Shown here piece by piece: positions 23,981-38,069 of a stretch of DNA of 64,000 bases (position 1 is its first letter; each line of letters opens with the position of its first letter). Location: assembly GCF_006345805.1 (NCBI RefSeq), contig NC_043005.1, positions 18,476,001 through 18,540,000 on the forward strand. The letters run 5' to 3'. The position numbers were made by a program, and so were the translations under genes. This DNA is from Octopus sinensis. Taxonomy: Eukaryota. Under the pieces are notes generated by a model, which worked only from the letters and a program-made list of their open reading frames with translations, ran no database searches and was not told where the DNA came from.

Positions 23981-26099
23981 GAACAGAGAAAATATACGGA
24001 AAAGGAATAATTAGCCACTTATTTTTGGAGAATAATTTTGGACATATTCAGGCACAAGGACATCAATTTCGACGGAAATGAGCATGTTTCTATAGGACAG
24101 AGAAGATATATGTAAAGATAATGAATTACTACGCATTTTTGGTGAATAATTTTGGACGTATTCTGTTCAGTTTCTTCGTAACAGCTAAGGAAATCGCAAT
24201 CACCGCGTTTTCAACATGTGAAGGTTGTTGGGTGTATCCAGAGCATTAGAATAAGTTATGTATGCACGACAAATATGAAATTAGAGTTCTGTATAACACA
24301 TTACACTCGGCGACTACATTTTTTTACTTGCATAATAAATATGTATCAACATACTCAATTGTGTTAGTTGCATATGGGCTATGAGGTATATATACACACA
24401 GAGCAAATTACATCTGAAGGAAGAACAAGGAAACAATATTGATATTACAATAGATTAATTTCCTACGTACTTAATGAATGTATTGAAACATCGACATATC
24501 AATGTTGATAATCTATCTCTCACTCTCACTCCCCCTCTTTCAATCACACACACACATACATACACACATATATACAATACCAAAATGAGTGTATTCACAC
24601 AAGCACACGCGTATATATATATATAGATGCATATGACATATATAAATAAATATGTATGTGTACGTATATTGATAAATATATACGTTATTTTATCAACATT
24701 TCTTCTCAAAGTTTAAAAACCTACTTTCTATATCATTGTAATCTCTCTCTCCCTACTCTCCCTCCCTCCCCCTCACTTTGTCTGTATACGCACACATATG
24801 TATGTGTATGTATGTATATGCATATATATATAAATACATAAACACCCACACGCACACCTATATATATATATATATACATATAATTTAATGCACACAGTTT
24901 AACTACGAATTACTAATGGAAACTTGCTTTTGAGACATAGGTCTAAGCAAGCTTTTCTAACACGCACTGTGTCTCGAAGCAATCCTAAATCTCTGAGCAC
25001 AATATCTATCTTATTTGCAAATCTGGACGCTGGGACAAGAGAAATGTGGACAAAAAATACCCAGAAAGTAGATGAAAAGATTAGAAGGGGGAATAAGAAC
25101 GGTAAAAATAGGAAACGAAAGAAAGGAAATTAGAATTTGGTCCTCTTCTACCATAAATCCGATTCTCCACTTGATTTTATATGGTGTGCAGTTGCTCTTC
25201 AAACCCCATATCTAGTTAGCCAAGCTAGAGGCTTTACCTCTGTCGATGTGCTAGAAGGAATACAGGTGGTTTGCATAACTTCTTTTGAAATTGCATTCGT
25301 ATCATATACGACGCAGTTTATCAAACACGCCTGGTCACGTGGGTAAGCTCCAGACTCTTGGCAATTACAACTGGAAGTAGTCTCTCAGTGATGTTTATGA
25401 GTGATAATGTTCTCCATATATGGAACGCAGTTGTCAAAAATCTTCAACATGTTTGTGATTTACAAGGAAATGCTCGTTTAAAAATGACAAGAATTTATTT
25501 CCTATGTAAATTTTTACATTTAGGGAGTCAGAAATGGCGAAGTATATTATTTTCTAGAGTTAATATTTAAGTCTGTTATATGATTCATATTTATACTTGA
25601 AGCGTTCTAATATATCTTATCTTTGAAGACACTATTAGCTAGGTCAGTGATATTGTAGGGGACTGCCTTATCAGCTATTACTTTAGAAGAAGAGAGATTA
25701 GATACCCTGTTACTCATGTTAACTATTATCATGTTTTTAAATACTATAGTGGGAGTGACAAAAACTGTTTAAATATGCTGAGGAATTCCCCGTTTTGTTT
25801 GTGGTACGGAAAATAAGAGCATATCATAAGCTATACCGTAAACCAAACGAGTAACTCACCTATGTACATAAACAGTCTTGTCCCCCCCCCTAGAGCACAG
25901 AAAATCAATAATACACATGGACAAGCAAAAACCAAAGCACAAAGCGACAACAAACAAAATATCACACACCATGACAGACCAACTATAATCAATGGTGTCG
26001 GATGAAGTAAAAATGAACTAGAAGAAATTATCACAAAGTCGATAACTATGAGTTAGCATAAGTGTCTCCCCAAAATACAAAATAATAATAAATAGTTCT

Positions 26100-28330
26100 G
26101 TAGAGAAATAATGACCACATCAAAAAATACCCTGAATATCAACAGACTAAACGATCTGATCTATTCAACAGCTGTTGTGTTATCCAGGGAACTTGATTTG
26201 CGAAGACAAAAAGACACCAGCCAAATCTCAAACACCGAAATGGAAAGAGAACATAAGAGATGAAATTAAGAAACAAAAGGATTTATCCCTAATCTGTGAA
26301 TTAGAGAAAGAGAAATCAAACATGAAAAATAAAAAGAAGACCTATATAACAAAAAGTACAACATGAGAAATAAAAAAGATACGTGGGATGTACAAGAAAA
26401 ACTAAGCCGTGCGTATCAGTAAAAACGTGCCGCATACAACGGCATGGAAAAAGCGAATGCTTTTCCTAGAAAATACGGAATTTAAAATAATGAGAAAAAG
26501 ATTTTATAGAAACAAAAACAAAAAACAATAAATAAATAAATGTATCAATAATTGACGTGGTACCGACATCAGGAATTTAGTCATAGTAGGAAACAACATG
26601 TAGCAAACAAGAACAACACGACAGAAATTCTCATTGGATAGATAGCGAAAAGGAAAGTAAGAGCAAAATAGCATCACAGACATGGACCACCATCTCAAGC
26701 CAAGAAATCTTGGACTCACTGAGGACTATCAGTAAATGGAAAACATCAGGGATAGACAAGGTACTCAACTTTTTGCAGAAACACCCACGAGTACCTGTAC
26801 CCACACAGCAGCAGCATTTAACTTGGTAATAAGCAAATTAGAATCAACGCCAAGCTGGATACTTGAAGGACAAACTACTATACTTAAAAAATCAAAAACT
26901 CCATACACCCATAAAAGTATAGAGAAAACAGCATGCATATCAACAATCTATAAAAGCGTCACACCAGCACAACATTTAAATATGAGTCACAGGTCATTAA
27001 AACCGGTCCTATAGCCATAATAAGATGAGTTTACTAAGGGAACTAGTTCCCCAGCCCTACTCCTTTCCTGTTTTGCTCCGACCCCACTAAAAACTGTTAA
27101 TTGAAACCAACATAGTTTGCAGATGCTATGGAAAACTATAAACCATCTATGGACGACTTGAAATTTTTCATCAAGAATATCACTAAACAGAAAAACCGTC
27201 TTAAAATAGTTCATAGTTTCAGCAACGACATCATGATGAGAATGGGGTTGGACAAATATGGCAGTGTCATTGAGAAAAGGCAAATGATAAGCACTAAAAA
27301 CACAGCAATCTACATAGAGATAGAATTGAAAGGATTAGATCACAATCGCCCGTGTAAATATTTAGGAATAAACGAAATAGCTAAACTACAACACAGAGAA
27401 ATAAAAGAGAGATTTAGGAAAACATTTTACAGAGGAGTTAGACTAATATTTAACACTGAACTCAGTGCTAAAAGTAAGATAATGCGGATCAACATGCGAG
27501 CCATACCAGTCATAAATTACAACTTCAACATAATAAATTGGAGGGTTTGTGAATCTAGATACTTAGATTTTAAAAATAAGCAGAAAATTATCAATAACAT
27601 ACCGAAGTCAGACACAGACAAGATATATCTACCCCATTTAGAAGGGTGTCGTGGCCTGATACAAAAAAAAAAACTACGATGAAATAGCGACAGTTGGAAA
27701 ATACTTAGATACAAAAAAGAAAGAAAGAAACAGGACGAGTACCACATTTACTAAGGCAACATAAAAATAATCAGCTTTTCTCATAGAGGCGATAAAACAC
27801 AAAGTAGACACATATTATACAAAAACACTAATCCCAGACGACAAGACAGTAATCAGACAAATAATATGTCAAACACACAGACAACGATATTAAAAAAAAA
27901 GAACTATAAAACATCCTAAAGAAGTGAGGAGAAAAACCATTCCATGGTTAATAATCTGCAAGGCTTGATAGAGAAGAAGCGAGCCTAAGTGAAAGCCAAT
28001 AATGACTCAAAAGCTTTGGACTAAATGCAGAAATAAAAAGACCGATTCTCGTTGCACAATACCAATGCCTGACCACAAACAACTAATGCAGAACTTGTAA
28101 TGAGCACAATGAGAGATTTGACCATATCATCTCCGGCTGGCCAAAATAAATACAGACATGACCGAATAAGTAGGTATATCAATTGGAGAATATGCTAACA
28201 CTGCGTCATTAGAATGAACAAAAAATATAGTATAACCACGTGCCAAACAAGACATATGACAACGCCTAATTACCTGGAATATACTGTTCAAACTAACAAA
28301 AAGACGTCTATTTATAGCCAAGAAACTTTT
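26100..28330 (+). mobile_element. Old degenerate R4/Dong-type LINE
   Basis: ORF 27128..27682 (MDDLK..FSNDI.M..GLDK..YLGINE..ELSAKSK..IPVINY) aligns with 35081..35605 and 34887..35084. Also present are CISTIYK and RHDRISRYINWRIC. Confidence 0.85.
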
Positions 28331-29193
28331 TTCGCCAAATTTCAACGTTTTTCAAAAATTTAAAGGGAAAAATTTGACAAGTCAGTCAGTCGCCGGCTGA
28401 CACTCGCTGACGATACATCGAAGAGGCCAGGGAACAGAAGAAAGAGGAAGAAAGAAGACATGCACCCAACACCAGAGCTGAAGACACCCCCTCCCCCCGA
28501 AAGGAGGGGGGCACCACGTCGAAACGGTAGAGGTGTAGGGGCCGAAGCCGGACGTGGTTCCTCCTGATGATGTCTTGAGCTAACTGGATCCTATAAAGGA
28601 GCTGTTGCGGTAGCAGACCACGAAACATGGTTGTAATTCCTCCATATTAATGGGTAGGACCAATTTGACGAAAAATGAGTAGAGTCTGGTAGCGAACTCG
28701 TATCGTCATCATATTTGTGCATATGCGTAAAATGGCGAGTTTTATGCTTTGGGGCATATTTCGTCAAATTGATGTCATGACGGCTAGTGAGCAAAATGCC
28801 TAAATTTTGCTTGAGAAATAAGATGCTCTTATCTAATGAAAACCTGAAACGCTGGGGAATTAAAGCAACGAATTGAAATAATAAGTTTTAGCAAATCAAA
28901 ACAATTCGCATTGAAATAAAGAAATAGCAAATGCTAAATAGATTACTGTTAATAAGCTGTTTATATCCATGAAACATATTTCGTAAAATTGATATCACGA
29001 TGGCTAGTGCAAAAAATGTCGAAATTTTACGATTTTTGATTTTACGATGCTGATCAAAAATCGAATTTTAAAAGATTCCAAGGACATAGGTGATCGCATG
29101 GGCGTAAGACACACACACGTGTTAAGTTTCCTCAAGGTCTGTTGGATAGTCTCAGAGGAGTTAAAGTAACAAATTCACAAACGCAAACTTGCC

Positions 29194-29274
<81 letters not shown>

Positions 29275-29454
29275 GCATAAACAAAATAAGCAACAAGAAT
29301 ATCTCTGTTAATTTGGTACGATCGTATCGGACATAATCTTGTTGCTTATTTTGATTATAATCACCACATGGATTTATATGGATAAGACCATACAAAATTC
29401 TGGTGCATCTAACTTAAGTACCATATTCATTTGAATCTCTCTCTCTCTCTCTCT

Positions 29455-29517
<63 letters not shown>

Positions 29518-29956
29518 ATATACATACATATACACATACACACAAACATTTATACATATACAGAGAGAATGAGAGAGAGAGAAAACGATAGGCAGATAGA
29601 TGTAATATTTTTGACAAATGGGCATATATCAATTAGTGTGTTGCAGTGTTGAGTAAAGCTCTGGCACGGTTTGTTCTACTTGCTGTCATCCCCAGTCCGA
29701 GTATATTTTCGTTGGATCTACTTCAGAAATTGCGCAGTGTTTGTTGATATATTAATCGATTAAAGAAACAAGAGATCGACTTGGCAGTGGCCTTTATTTT
29801 GCAAGACAATTGGTTCGACCCATCCTTTGTCAGCACATTATGGGTGGGATGCTGTCGTTGTGCACCATAATTTGTTGCAGCAATTTTTCAGTCTGGGTCA
29901 CATCAGATGCATTCATACATAAAGTTTATAACCAAATTTATCTTGTTTCCTTAATC

Positions 29957-30021
<65 letters not shown>

Positions 30022-30038
30022 TGTGTGTGTGCGCGTAG

Positions 30039-30074
<36 letters not shown>

Positions 30075-30130
30075 AATATATGGAAAACGAAACACAGGAG
30101 ATGGAATATTTATAAACATATATATATATA

Positions 30131-30357
30131 TGCATCAAAAGAAAAGCAGGACGCAAAGGATTCTGCGGTACATATGTTTCGGGCTTTATTGAACAACTTA
30201 TATCAATGCATAATTGATATAACAGGTAGGTCAAAAGCCTTCTTCAGTCGCGTACAAATACCACACTATATCAATTATGCATGGATATAAGTTGTTCAAT
30301 AAAGACGGAAACATATGTACCGCAGAATCCTTTGCGTCCTGTTTTTCTTTTGATACA
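30131..30357. repeat. Fold-back: 91-bp inverted arms (30131-30221 / 30267-30357, ~5 mismatches) with a 45-nt loop
   Basis: Direct reverse-complement comparison. Confidence 0.95.
30165..30251 (-). ncRNA. Minimal type I hammerhead ribozyme (PLE-type) with an extended stem II
   Basis: gcga-CTGAAGA-a-GGCTTT...AAAGCC-c-GAAA-CATATG-TA|ccgc. The innermost stem I pair is mismatched (A.C). Confidence 0.7.
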
Positions 30358-30424
30358 TATATCCTATCACCTATACCACTAGCTGGCATATACATGTGCT
30401 TACAGTTATCAAGTATTCACCCTG

Positions 30425-30479
<55 letters not shown>

Positions 30480-30584
30480 CATACATACATATATATCATA
30501 TACATACATATATACATAGATACACACACACACACACAACACACACACACACACACACACAACACACACACACACACACACACA

Positions 30585-30626
<42 letters not shown>

Positions 30627-30694
30627 CATTGGGATAAAGAGTAAATTTATAAAGAATATCACGTTCCTGAATTCAGTTCGGAAGTACTAACTCA

Positions 30695-30847
30695 GTTATT
30701 GTTATTATTATTATTATTATTATTATATTATTATTATTATTATTATTATTATATTATTATTATGATTATCATTATGATTATCATTATTATTATTATATTA
30801 TTATTGTTATTATTATTATTATTATTATTATTTTATTATTATTATTA

Positions 30848-30925
<78 letters not shown>

Positions 30926-30935
30926 GTTATTATTA
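30695..30935. repeat. (ATT)n microsatellite
   Basis: Directly visible. Confidence 0.97.
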
Positions 30936-31139
30936 TAAGGCATAATATTCATTAACGTCCGTACAGAATTATGTAATAGGGAGAATCAGGCGTCATGTGT
31001 CAGTCACGTTAGCTGATTTAACTATAAATGAGAGAAAGAGAATAATGGATTGCGCGTCTTAAGGCCTCTGGTGGGGGTTGTGGTATGTGGAGAAGTGGAA
31101 TAAATGAAATATTTTATTAAAAATATGATGCTCATAATA

Positions 31140-31385
31140 ATGCTCTTTCGTTGTTGCTGTTGTTAATGATGATGACTATGAGGTGGAGGGTAGAGGAGAA
31201 GGTGAAACAGGAGTGGAGGAGAAGGAGGATCGTCTTGGCGGTGGTGGTGGTGGTGAAGACGAAAGATAGAAAGACGTGTATAGGACAAAAAAAAATAACA
31301 GAAGGTTCGGATAATGAAAATGTAAAATGTCGAAACAAAGAGGTCGAATTGGAGGTGCAGGAGAGGTAGAAGCAAATGGAAGCGT

Positions 31386-31427
<42 letters not shown>

Positions 31428-31587
31428 AACAAGAAGTAGAAGGGGAAGAAGAAGAAGAACAAGAAGGGAAAGAACGGGAAGAAGGGAAAGAAGAAGAACA
31501 AGAATGGAAAGAAGAAGAAGACGATGACGAGAAAAAAGATGATAATGAAGAAAAAAAAGAGGTCATATCTATGAATGTATACATACA

Positions 31588-31655
<68 letters not shown>
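31140..31655. repeat. Compound simple repeats (GTG/GTA/GAA/ACAT/AT)
   Basis: Directly visible; explains several low-complexity ORFs. Confidence 0.9.
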
Positions 31656-31664
<9 letters not shown>

Positions 31665-31869
31665 GTTTTCGTTTGTGTGTATGTGCATACTTAAGAGATA
31701 AAAGTACGAGTCACGTAACCTAGAAATCATATGAATTACATTAACTTTTTAGATAAAAGTTTCACAATTATCTGTATTGACAATGTTTAAGATGTTTACA
31801 GTTATCTTGTGGTTATTAGGAAAATATTATTATTAAATGTTATAGCATATGTTCTTGTGTGATCTAACA

Positions 31870-32270
31870 TTGCTACCCATCTGATAGGGTACGCCAGGCA
31901 CATGCGTTACAACCATATGTGCGTTACATAGTGACCTTATATCGAGATAAACAGCACATTAACTTGTAGTTGGGGCCCAGTTATAATTATTTTCAGATCG
32001 AGTAAAACCGTCCTGCTCAAAAGGTTCATGGGTTCCAGAATGAATGAATGACATACCCATGTTTCCAGAGGTGAATTATTCAAACCCCAAAGATTTCCTT
32101 TCAACACATGTTTATAATGCTCCTCCACTATTCCTGCCCGTGATCTGCGATGCACATATTGTCAGACACTAAGGAACATACTCAAATAGTTGAGGTGAAG
32201 CGATTGACCACTTCTGATCTGTGAAAATCAGGAAACGTGAGAGCCATTTTCTGATACTGCATCAGGGCAT
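31870..32270 (-). mobile_element. Probable non-autonomous interspersed repeat abutting the Dong (AAT)n tail
   Basis: Begins aatgccctgatgcagt directly after the AAT tract. I recognise it from memory as a common octopus repeat, but there is only one copy in this window. Confidence 0.4.
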
Positions 32271-32307
32271 TACTATTATTATCATTATTATCATTATTAT
32301 TATTATT

Positions 32308-33588
32308 CAGTAGTTTTATTTTTATAGCGTGCTTTCACTTCACTACCGAGCGCAGCTCTGTGTGCCTTGGGTATGTGCTGTGATTTGTTGTGATGCTCTG
32401 ATGGTTATTGTATGGAAAGTGTTCTGCGTAGGATGTGTGCAGTGCCTAGTAGTGCAATTTTCTGTATGTTATATGTGTTTGTAAGTCCTGGTGTTTTTGT
32501 TATGTATTTGTCTGAATATTTTTTTATCATGCCTAATGCACCTACTATGATAGGAATTGTTTCTGTTTTCAGATTCCACATTATAGTTACCTCTATTTCC
32601 AGGTCTTTGTATTTTGAGAGTTTCTCCATTTCTTTTAGAGACACGTTGTTATCTGCCGGTATTGATACATCAATTAGAAAGCATTTTTTTTCTTCATGAT
32701 CTCTGACAACTATATCTGGTCTGTTGGCCTTTATTTCTCTATCTGTGTGTATCGGCATATCCCAGAGTATGGTTGCTTTCTCGTTTTCTGTGACCTTTTC
32801 TGGTGTGTGCCTATACCATCTTTTTTCTGTTGTTATTCCATAATGTTGGCATAGCTTCCAATGTATGTAGGTTCCAACTCTGTCATGTCTGTGAATATAT
32901 TCCTTCTTAGCCAGGACTGGGCAGCTAGAGATAATATGATTTATTGTTTCTTGTCCATCTCCACATATTCTGCAGTTACTTGTAATATTTCTTTTCATTA
33001 CATGTTTTTGGTAATTTCTGGTGGGGAGGCTTTGGTCTTGTGCTGCAATCAAAAATCCCTCTGTTTCTGCTTTGAGTCCTGAGCTTCTCAACCATTGCTG
33101 GAATTTTTCTTTGTCTATTTCTTTTGCGTTTAGTTTAGTGCAGTATTTACCATGAAGGGGCTTTTCTTGCCATCGTTTTATCATGGTTCGTTGCTGTTCT
33201 ATTTTTAGTTTGGATTTCATTTGTTTTATAGCTTTTGTTGTTTCTTCATCATCTTCTTCTTCTTCTTCGTGTTTATTAGGTGGTATGATTTCTTGTTTGT
33301 ATTTGTCAGCTTCCTTAAATACAGAGAACAGTTTTTTGTTTTGCTCGTGTTTTGCTGCTATCTGGATCAGTTTTCCTTCCTTCTGAAGTAGATATTTTTG
33401 CAGTCCTATGGTGGTTATTTTATAGTAGTTTTCCAGCCGTATAAGGCCTCTACCACCTTCTATACGTTGCATATATAGTCTTTCTATGTCAGATTTTGGG
33501 TGATGCATCCTAGATCCTGTCAGTATTTTTCTTGTTTTCCTATCTATTTTGGACAGTTCATTTCGTGTCCAGTTAAGGATATTGTAGC
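32308..33588 (-). mobile_element. 5'-truncated R4/Dong-type LINE, family A (open C-terminal ORF 32405..33508)
   Basis: CCHC (CRICGDGQETINHIISSC), RHD motif, RLE PD..D (RPDIVVRD...LIDVSIP) and EK..KY; (AAT)n tail. Confidence 0.95.
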
Positions 33589-33609
33589 TTATTATTATTA
33601 TTATTATTA

Positions 33610-36600
33610 CTTTTTTTTTTCTTCTTTCAAATTTTCTTCCATTTCTTGCCGAGTGTCTTCCCGACTCCTAGGGCAAAGAAACTCATAGTGTATATTGGTA
33701 GGCCATTAAACCAAACTCAGCAGTTCGTTCATTTAAAAAAAAATTTTTTTTTTAAAGTTAAATTAAAATACATGAGCAGCAACAGTTCTCACATCGACAA
33801 TGCTCTTCTCAATACGTGTGATGTACCAGTTAAGACAATCTTTTGCACTTCTTGCAGGGATGGTAAGCCAGGGATCATTCTCATATAATTTTCGGTTCCC
33901 TTCTTGATCATTCCTAGTGCTCCTACGATCACTGGTATTGTAACCGCCTTGAGATGCCACATTTTCTCAATTTCAATGAGTAGGTCTTTATATTTTCTGA
34001 GCTTGTCAAACTCTTTCGCTGAGATATTATGATCACAGGGGATGCTCATGTCGATCAATAAGCAAACTTTATTGTTTTGGTCTTTCACAACAATATCTGG
34101 TTTATTGGCCTTGATGGTTCGGTCTGTATGTACTGGAAAGTCCCACAGAATGGTTACATTTTCTCCTTCAGTTACAGCCTCAGGGTGGTGATTATACCAC
34201 TTGTCGGCAGTTTTGATATTGTAATGCCGACTTATTAGCCAGTGGAGATATTGGCCAACTCTGTCATGTCTTAATTTATACTCCACTGGTGCTAAGACTT
34301 TACATCCAGAGATAAGGTGGTCCACTATTTCAATCATGTCGTTGCAGAATCGGCATTTTGGGTCTGCTCCATTTTTCATCACATTGGCCTGGTAGTTCCG
34401 GGTTAATAGGCTTTGGTCTTGAGCAGCCAGGATGAAACCTTCGCTCTCTGCTTTTAGCCCTGAGCTCCGCAGCCACTGATGGGTTTGCTTCTGGTCAACA
34501 TCAGCTTGTTTGCTGCGGGTCACATATTTGCCGTGCAGAGGTTTCTCCTCCCACCTATCAGCCAATTGCTCGTGCGCTTTTTTCATTGCCATCATTTTCA
34601 CCTTCTTTGCAACAATAGTTGCCGTACTTCCCTCGGGTTGTTCAGTTTGGGTATCCTGCACGAGATCAATAGCAAATTTTTTGCTTTCCTTGATGATAGA
34701 ATGAAGCTTCTTTCGTCTCTCGTGATTTTCCACGAGCTTTAGCATCCAGTCATTCGATATTTCGAGATATTTGGCCAGTCCAATTGTGGTTGTTTTGTAA
34801 GCTAGTTCAAACTGGATCAGGCCTCGACCACCTTGGGCTCTGGGAAGGTAAGGCGATCTACGTCTGCCTTTGGGTGGTGCATCCTATTACAACTCCAGCA
34901 GCTTGCGTATTTTTCTATCTATATTCTTTACTTCACTCATATTCCAGTTCAACACATTGTAGCTATAAGTAACAACTGGAACTGCTAAGGAATTTATAGC
35001 TAACACCTTGTTACGTGCATTTAGTTCAGATTTCAGGACTGCACGAACTCTCCTATAACATTCCTTCCTGATTTTCTCTTTCATGCTTGCATGCTGATAC
35101 CAGAGCCTTCATTTATCCCTAAATATTTGTATGTTTGTTCTTGCTCAAGCTCTCTTATGACTGTGTCAGCATCTAACACGACTGAATTTGTGGTCTTCAC
35201 TTTCCCTTTCTGGAAAGTGGCCTTGGCACACTTCTCAAGTCCAAACTCCATCCCGATGTCATCGCTGAATGCTTTCACGGTGCGCAATAGGCCTTCAAGT
35301 TCATTATTGTCTTTACCATAAAGTTTTAAGTCATCCATATAAAATAGATGGCTTATTTTTTTATTGGCAATTTTATACCCATACCCTGTTCTGTTTAATT
35401 CACTTGTAAGGGGTATTAGGGCTATGCAGAATATTAAAGGTGAAAGTGAGTCACCTTGAAAAATTCCACAGTTTATGTTTATATTTCCTGAGGCAAGTAC
35501 GCCATTAGAGTGGTATAATTGGAGATTCGTATTCCACAACGACATATTGTGCTTCAGGAAGTTTGAAATCACAGGGGAAATTTTGAAGATGTCCAGCGAT
35601 CTCAAGATCCATGGATGCGGTATACTGTCGAAGGCCTTTTATAGTCAATCCATGCGGTGCTGAGATTTCTGCGCTTGTTGTGACAGTTCTCAAGGATCAT
35701 ACGATTGATTAGCAGTTGATCTTTGCATCCGTAAGAGCCTCGGCGGCACCCTTTTTGTTCAATGGGGAAAATATCGTTCTTCTCCATGAATGCATATGTT
35801 TTCTCCGCCAGGATAGATGTTAGGATTTTATACGTGGTGGATAGACAGGTTATAGGCCGATAGTTTTTTGGAAGATTGGTTTCGTTATTCTTTGGGAGTA
35901 GGTAAGTAATGCCACTTGCTAACCATTCAGGTGTTTTCTTTGGGTCTCTCATAATCCCATTGAGCAGCTGAACTAGCTTACCGTGTGCGCACGGGAGCGA
36001 TGCGAGCCAGAAATTCGGCACCCTATCTTTACCGGGGGATTTCCAATTATGGGCCTTCGTGAGTGCCTTTCTTAGGTCTGCTATTGTGATGTCTTCCCAT
36101 GCTTGTTGTTGTAAATTTTGGTAGGATCCTTCAGTTTGTATAATCCAGTCTGCATTTATGTTGTACGTCTTCTTGTCACTCCAAATCCTTTTCCAAAAGT
36201 TTTGAACTTCTTCCATGGGAGGGGTGTCTTTAACGGTTACTTTCTCCTTCCCTATTTCTCTGTAGAATGTTTTGGCATTGGATGTGAATAGCTTATTTTG
36301 CTTGTAAAACTTGTTTCTCTTCTCAAATCTTCGTATTCTTTGGGCTTTTGCTTGGACTTTTTGTTTCAGCGTTTCTTTTATTGATATCAGTTCTTCTCTT
36401 GGTGAGGATCCAAATTTTCTCTTCATCTTTCTTCCTGTTCTGGATCTTACATCATTTCCACATATTAGTTCATTTAATATTGATATTTCCCTCTCATAAA
36501 TTCAATCTCTTTTCAATTTTACTTCTCCAGGTTTGATTTCTTCCCAGGTTTTGTTTTCTTTGTTTTTTGGGGGCATACAGCTGGTTTCAATTGCCCTAGC

Positions 36601-37583
36601 AGAAGCGTAAATAATTTCATTTAACTCAGTAAAATCAGGTTTTAATTCTCGTATTATTTCATTTGTTACATAGTTGCCAATTTGGATTTGTTTTTTTATT
36701 TTGGTTTGTATTTGAGAGTTTATGAAGCGGTTCTCTATCATTCATACTTGTATGTCTTACAACTTCAAGCGTATTCAGGATTTTCTTGCCTCATTTCTGC
36801 CATAGACTCTCTGTGTTCTTCAGCAAATGCGAGATCTTCAGTTACTGTTGTTTTTTCGTTTTCCTGGCTATCTTTAACTGGTACAATAGAATTTCTTGTA
36901 TCTTCAGGCCTTTGCGTACTTTGGTCAGATGGCAGTCTTTCAATTAAGCCTCGTGGCGGGCTATACTGTTCATCTGATTCTTCATTTCCTTTGTGTCTTA
37001 TATTTATGTCATTTTCCGTTGCGTGCTTGATCGCGCTTATTTCACTGTCTGTGAGTCTGTTATTTCTAAAGATATCCCTCCTCACATTTGCTAATTTGTT
37101 CTCGTCCAAATAGGGCCTACTGTCTTGATTCCGTGTTCTCCATATACTGTAAGAGTTTGCGGTGTGTCTCTCTTGAGATGGCCTACCTAATGCATAGTAA
37201 TAAGCGTATATTACTTCTTTATACTCTTCTCGGGTCCATTTGTTCCGCTTACATTTTTCTTTCTGTGATGGTTGTGGTGGTGAACTTGGAGGGCTCGAGT
37301 TGGTGGATTTCCCGTTCAAGTGACCATCCATGTCCGTATTCGGAGAAGAGTTTGTGCCAGTTGATGACTTTTCGATCCCAGGCTGGCTCTTCCCTGGGGG
37401 ACGCGCTTCCAGATTAACCATAGGACAAGCGATTTGGTATACTGATTTAGTTTTCCTTTTAGTTTCCAAAAACATTTTGGTGCTACGATAATGTTATCAT
37501 TTTTTAGCTTTGATTGGCTCGTGGGGAGACGGCCATCATTGCCGTTACAATTATAATCGTACCATTATAGCAGCCGTAGTCGG
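33610..37583 (-). mobile_element. Near full-length R4/Dong-type LINE, family B, single ORF broken by frameshifts
   Basis: N-terminal RNKWTREE..NKLANVRR; RT (KNYRPITCL, EQKG, GIFQGDSLSP, FYMDDLK, KYLG); CCHC; RLE (KPDIVVKD..LIDMSIP). (AAT)n occurs at both ends. Confidence 0.96.
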
Positions 37584-38069
37584 CTTATTATTGTTATTAT
37601 CATCACCATTACCATCACTATCATCATTATCACCACCATTACCATCATCATTATCATCATCACCATCACCATCACCACCATCATCATCAATGATATTGTT
37701 TTATGTGTAGTCACAGCAGTATCTTATTATTGCTATTTTTGTTTTTTTATCACTATCACCATCACAGTAGTGTCTGTCTGTCTCGTTGGCTGGCTTGGTG
37801 GTTGGCTGGCTGACACTCTTCAACACTAGAGTTCTTGCCTGTCAAATAATACTTTCTTTGTGTTGGTTGAACTCTTTGAGTGTGTGTGTGTGTGTGTAGA
37901 TAGATAGATAGATTATCAGCACTATTACTATCATTATTATCATCATCACCATCATCACCATCATCACCATCACCATCAGTGATATTTTTTTTTTTTTCTC
38001 TTTAGGTGCGGTCCTATCGGTCAAAAAAAGTTCAGATGTTCACTACTATTAGGCTTAAGAAAAATTAAG

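Noticed and set aside
28470-28640. Two hammerhead-like cores (CTGAAGA...GAAAC and CTGATGA...GAAAC) in a GC-rich island
   Set aside because: Stems I and II cannot be closed in any topology I tried. The island remains unassigned.
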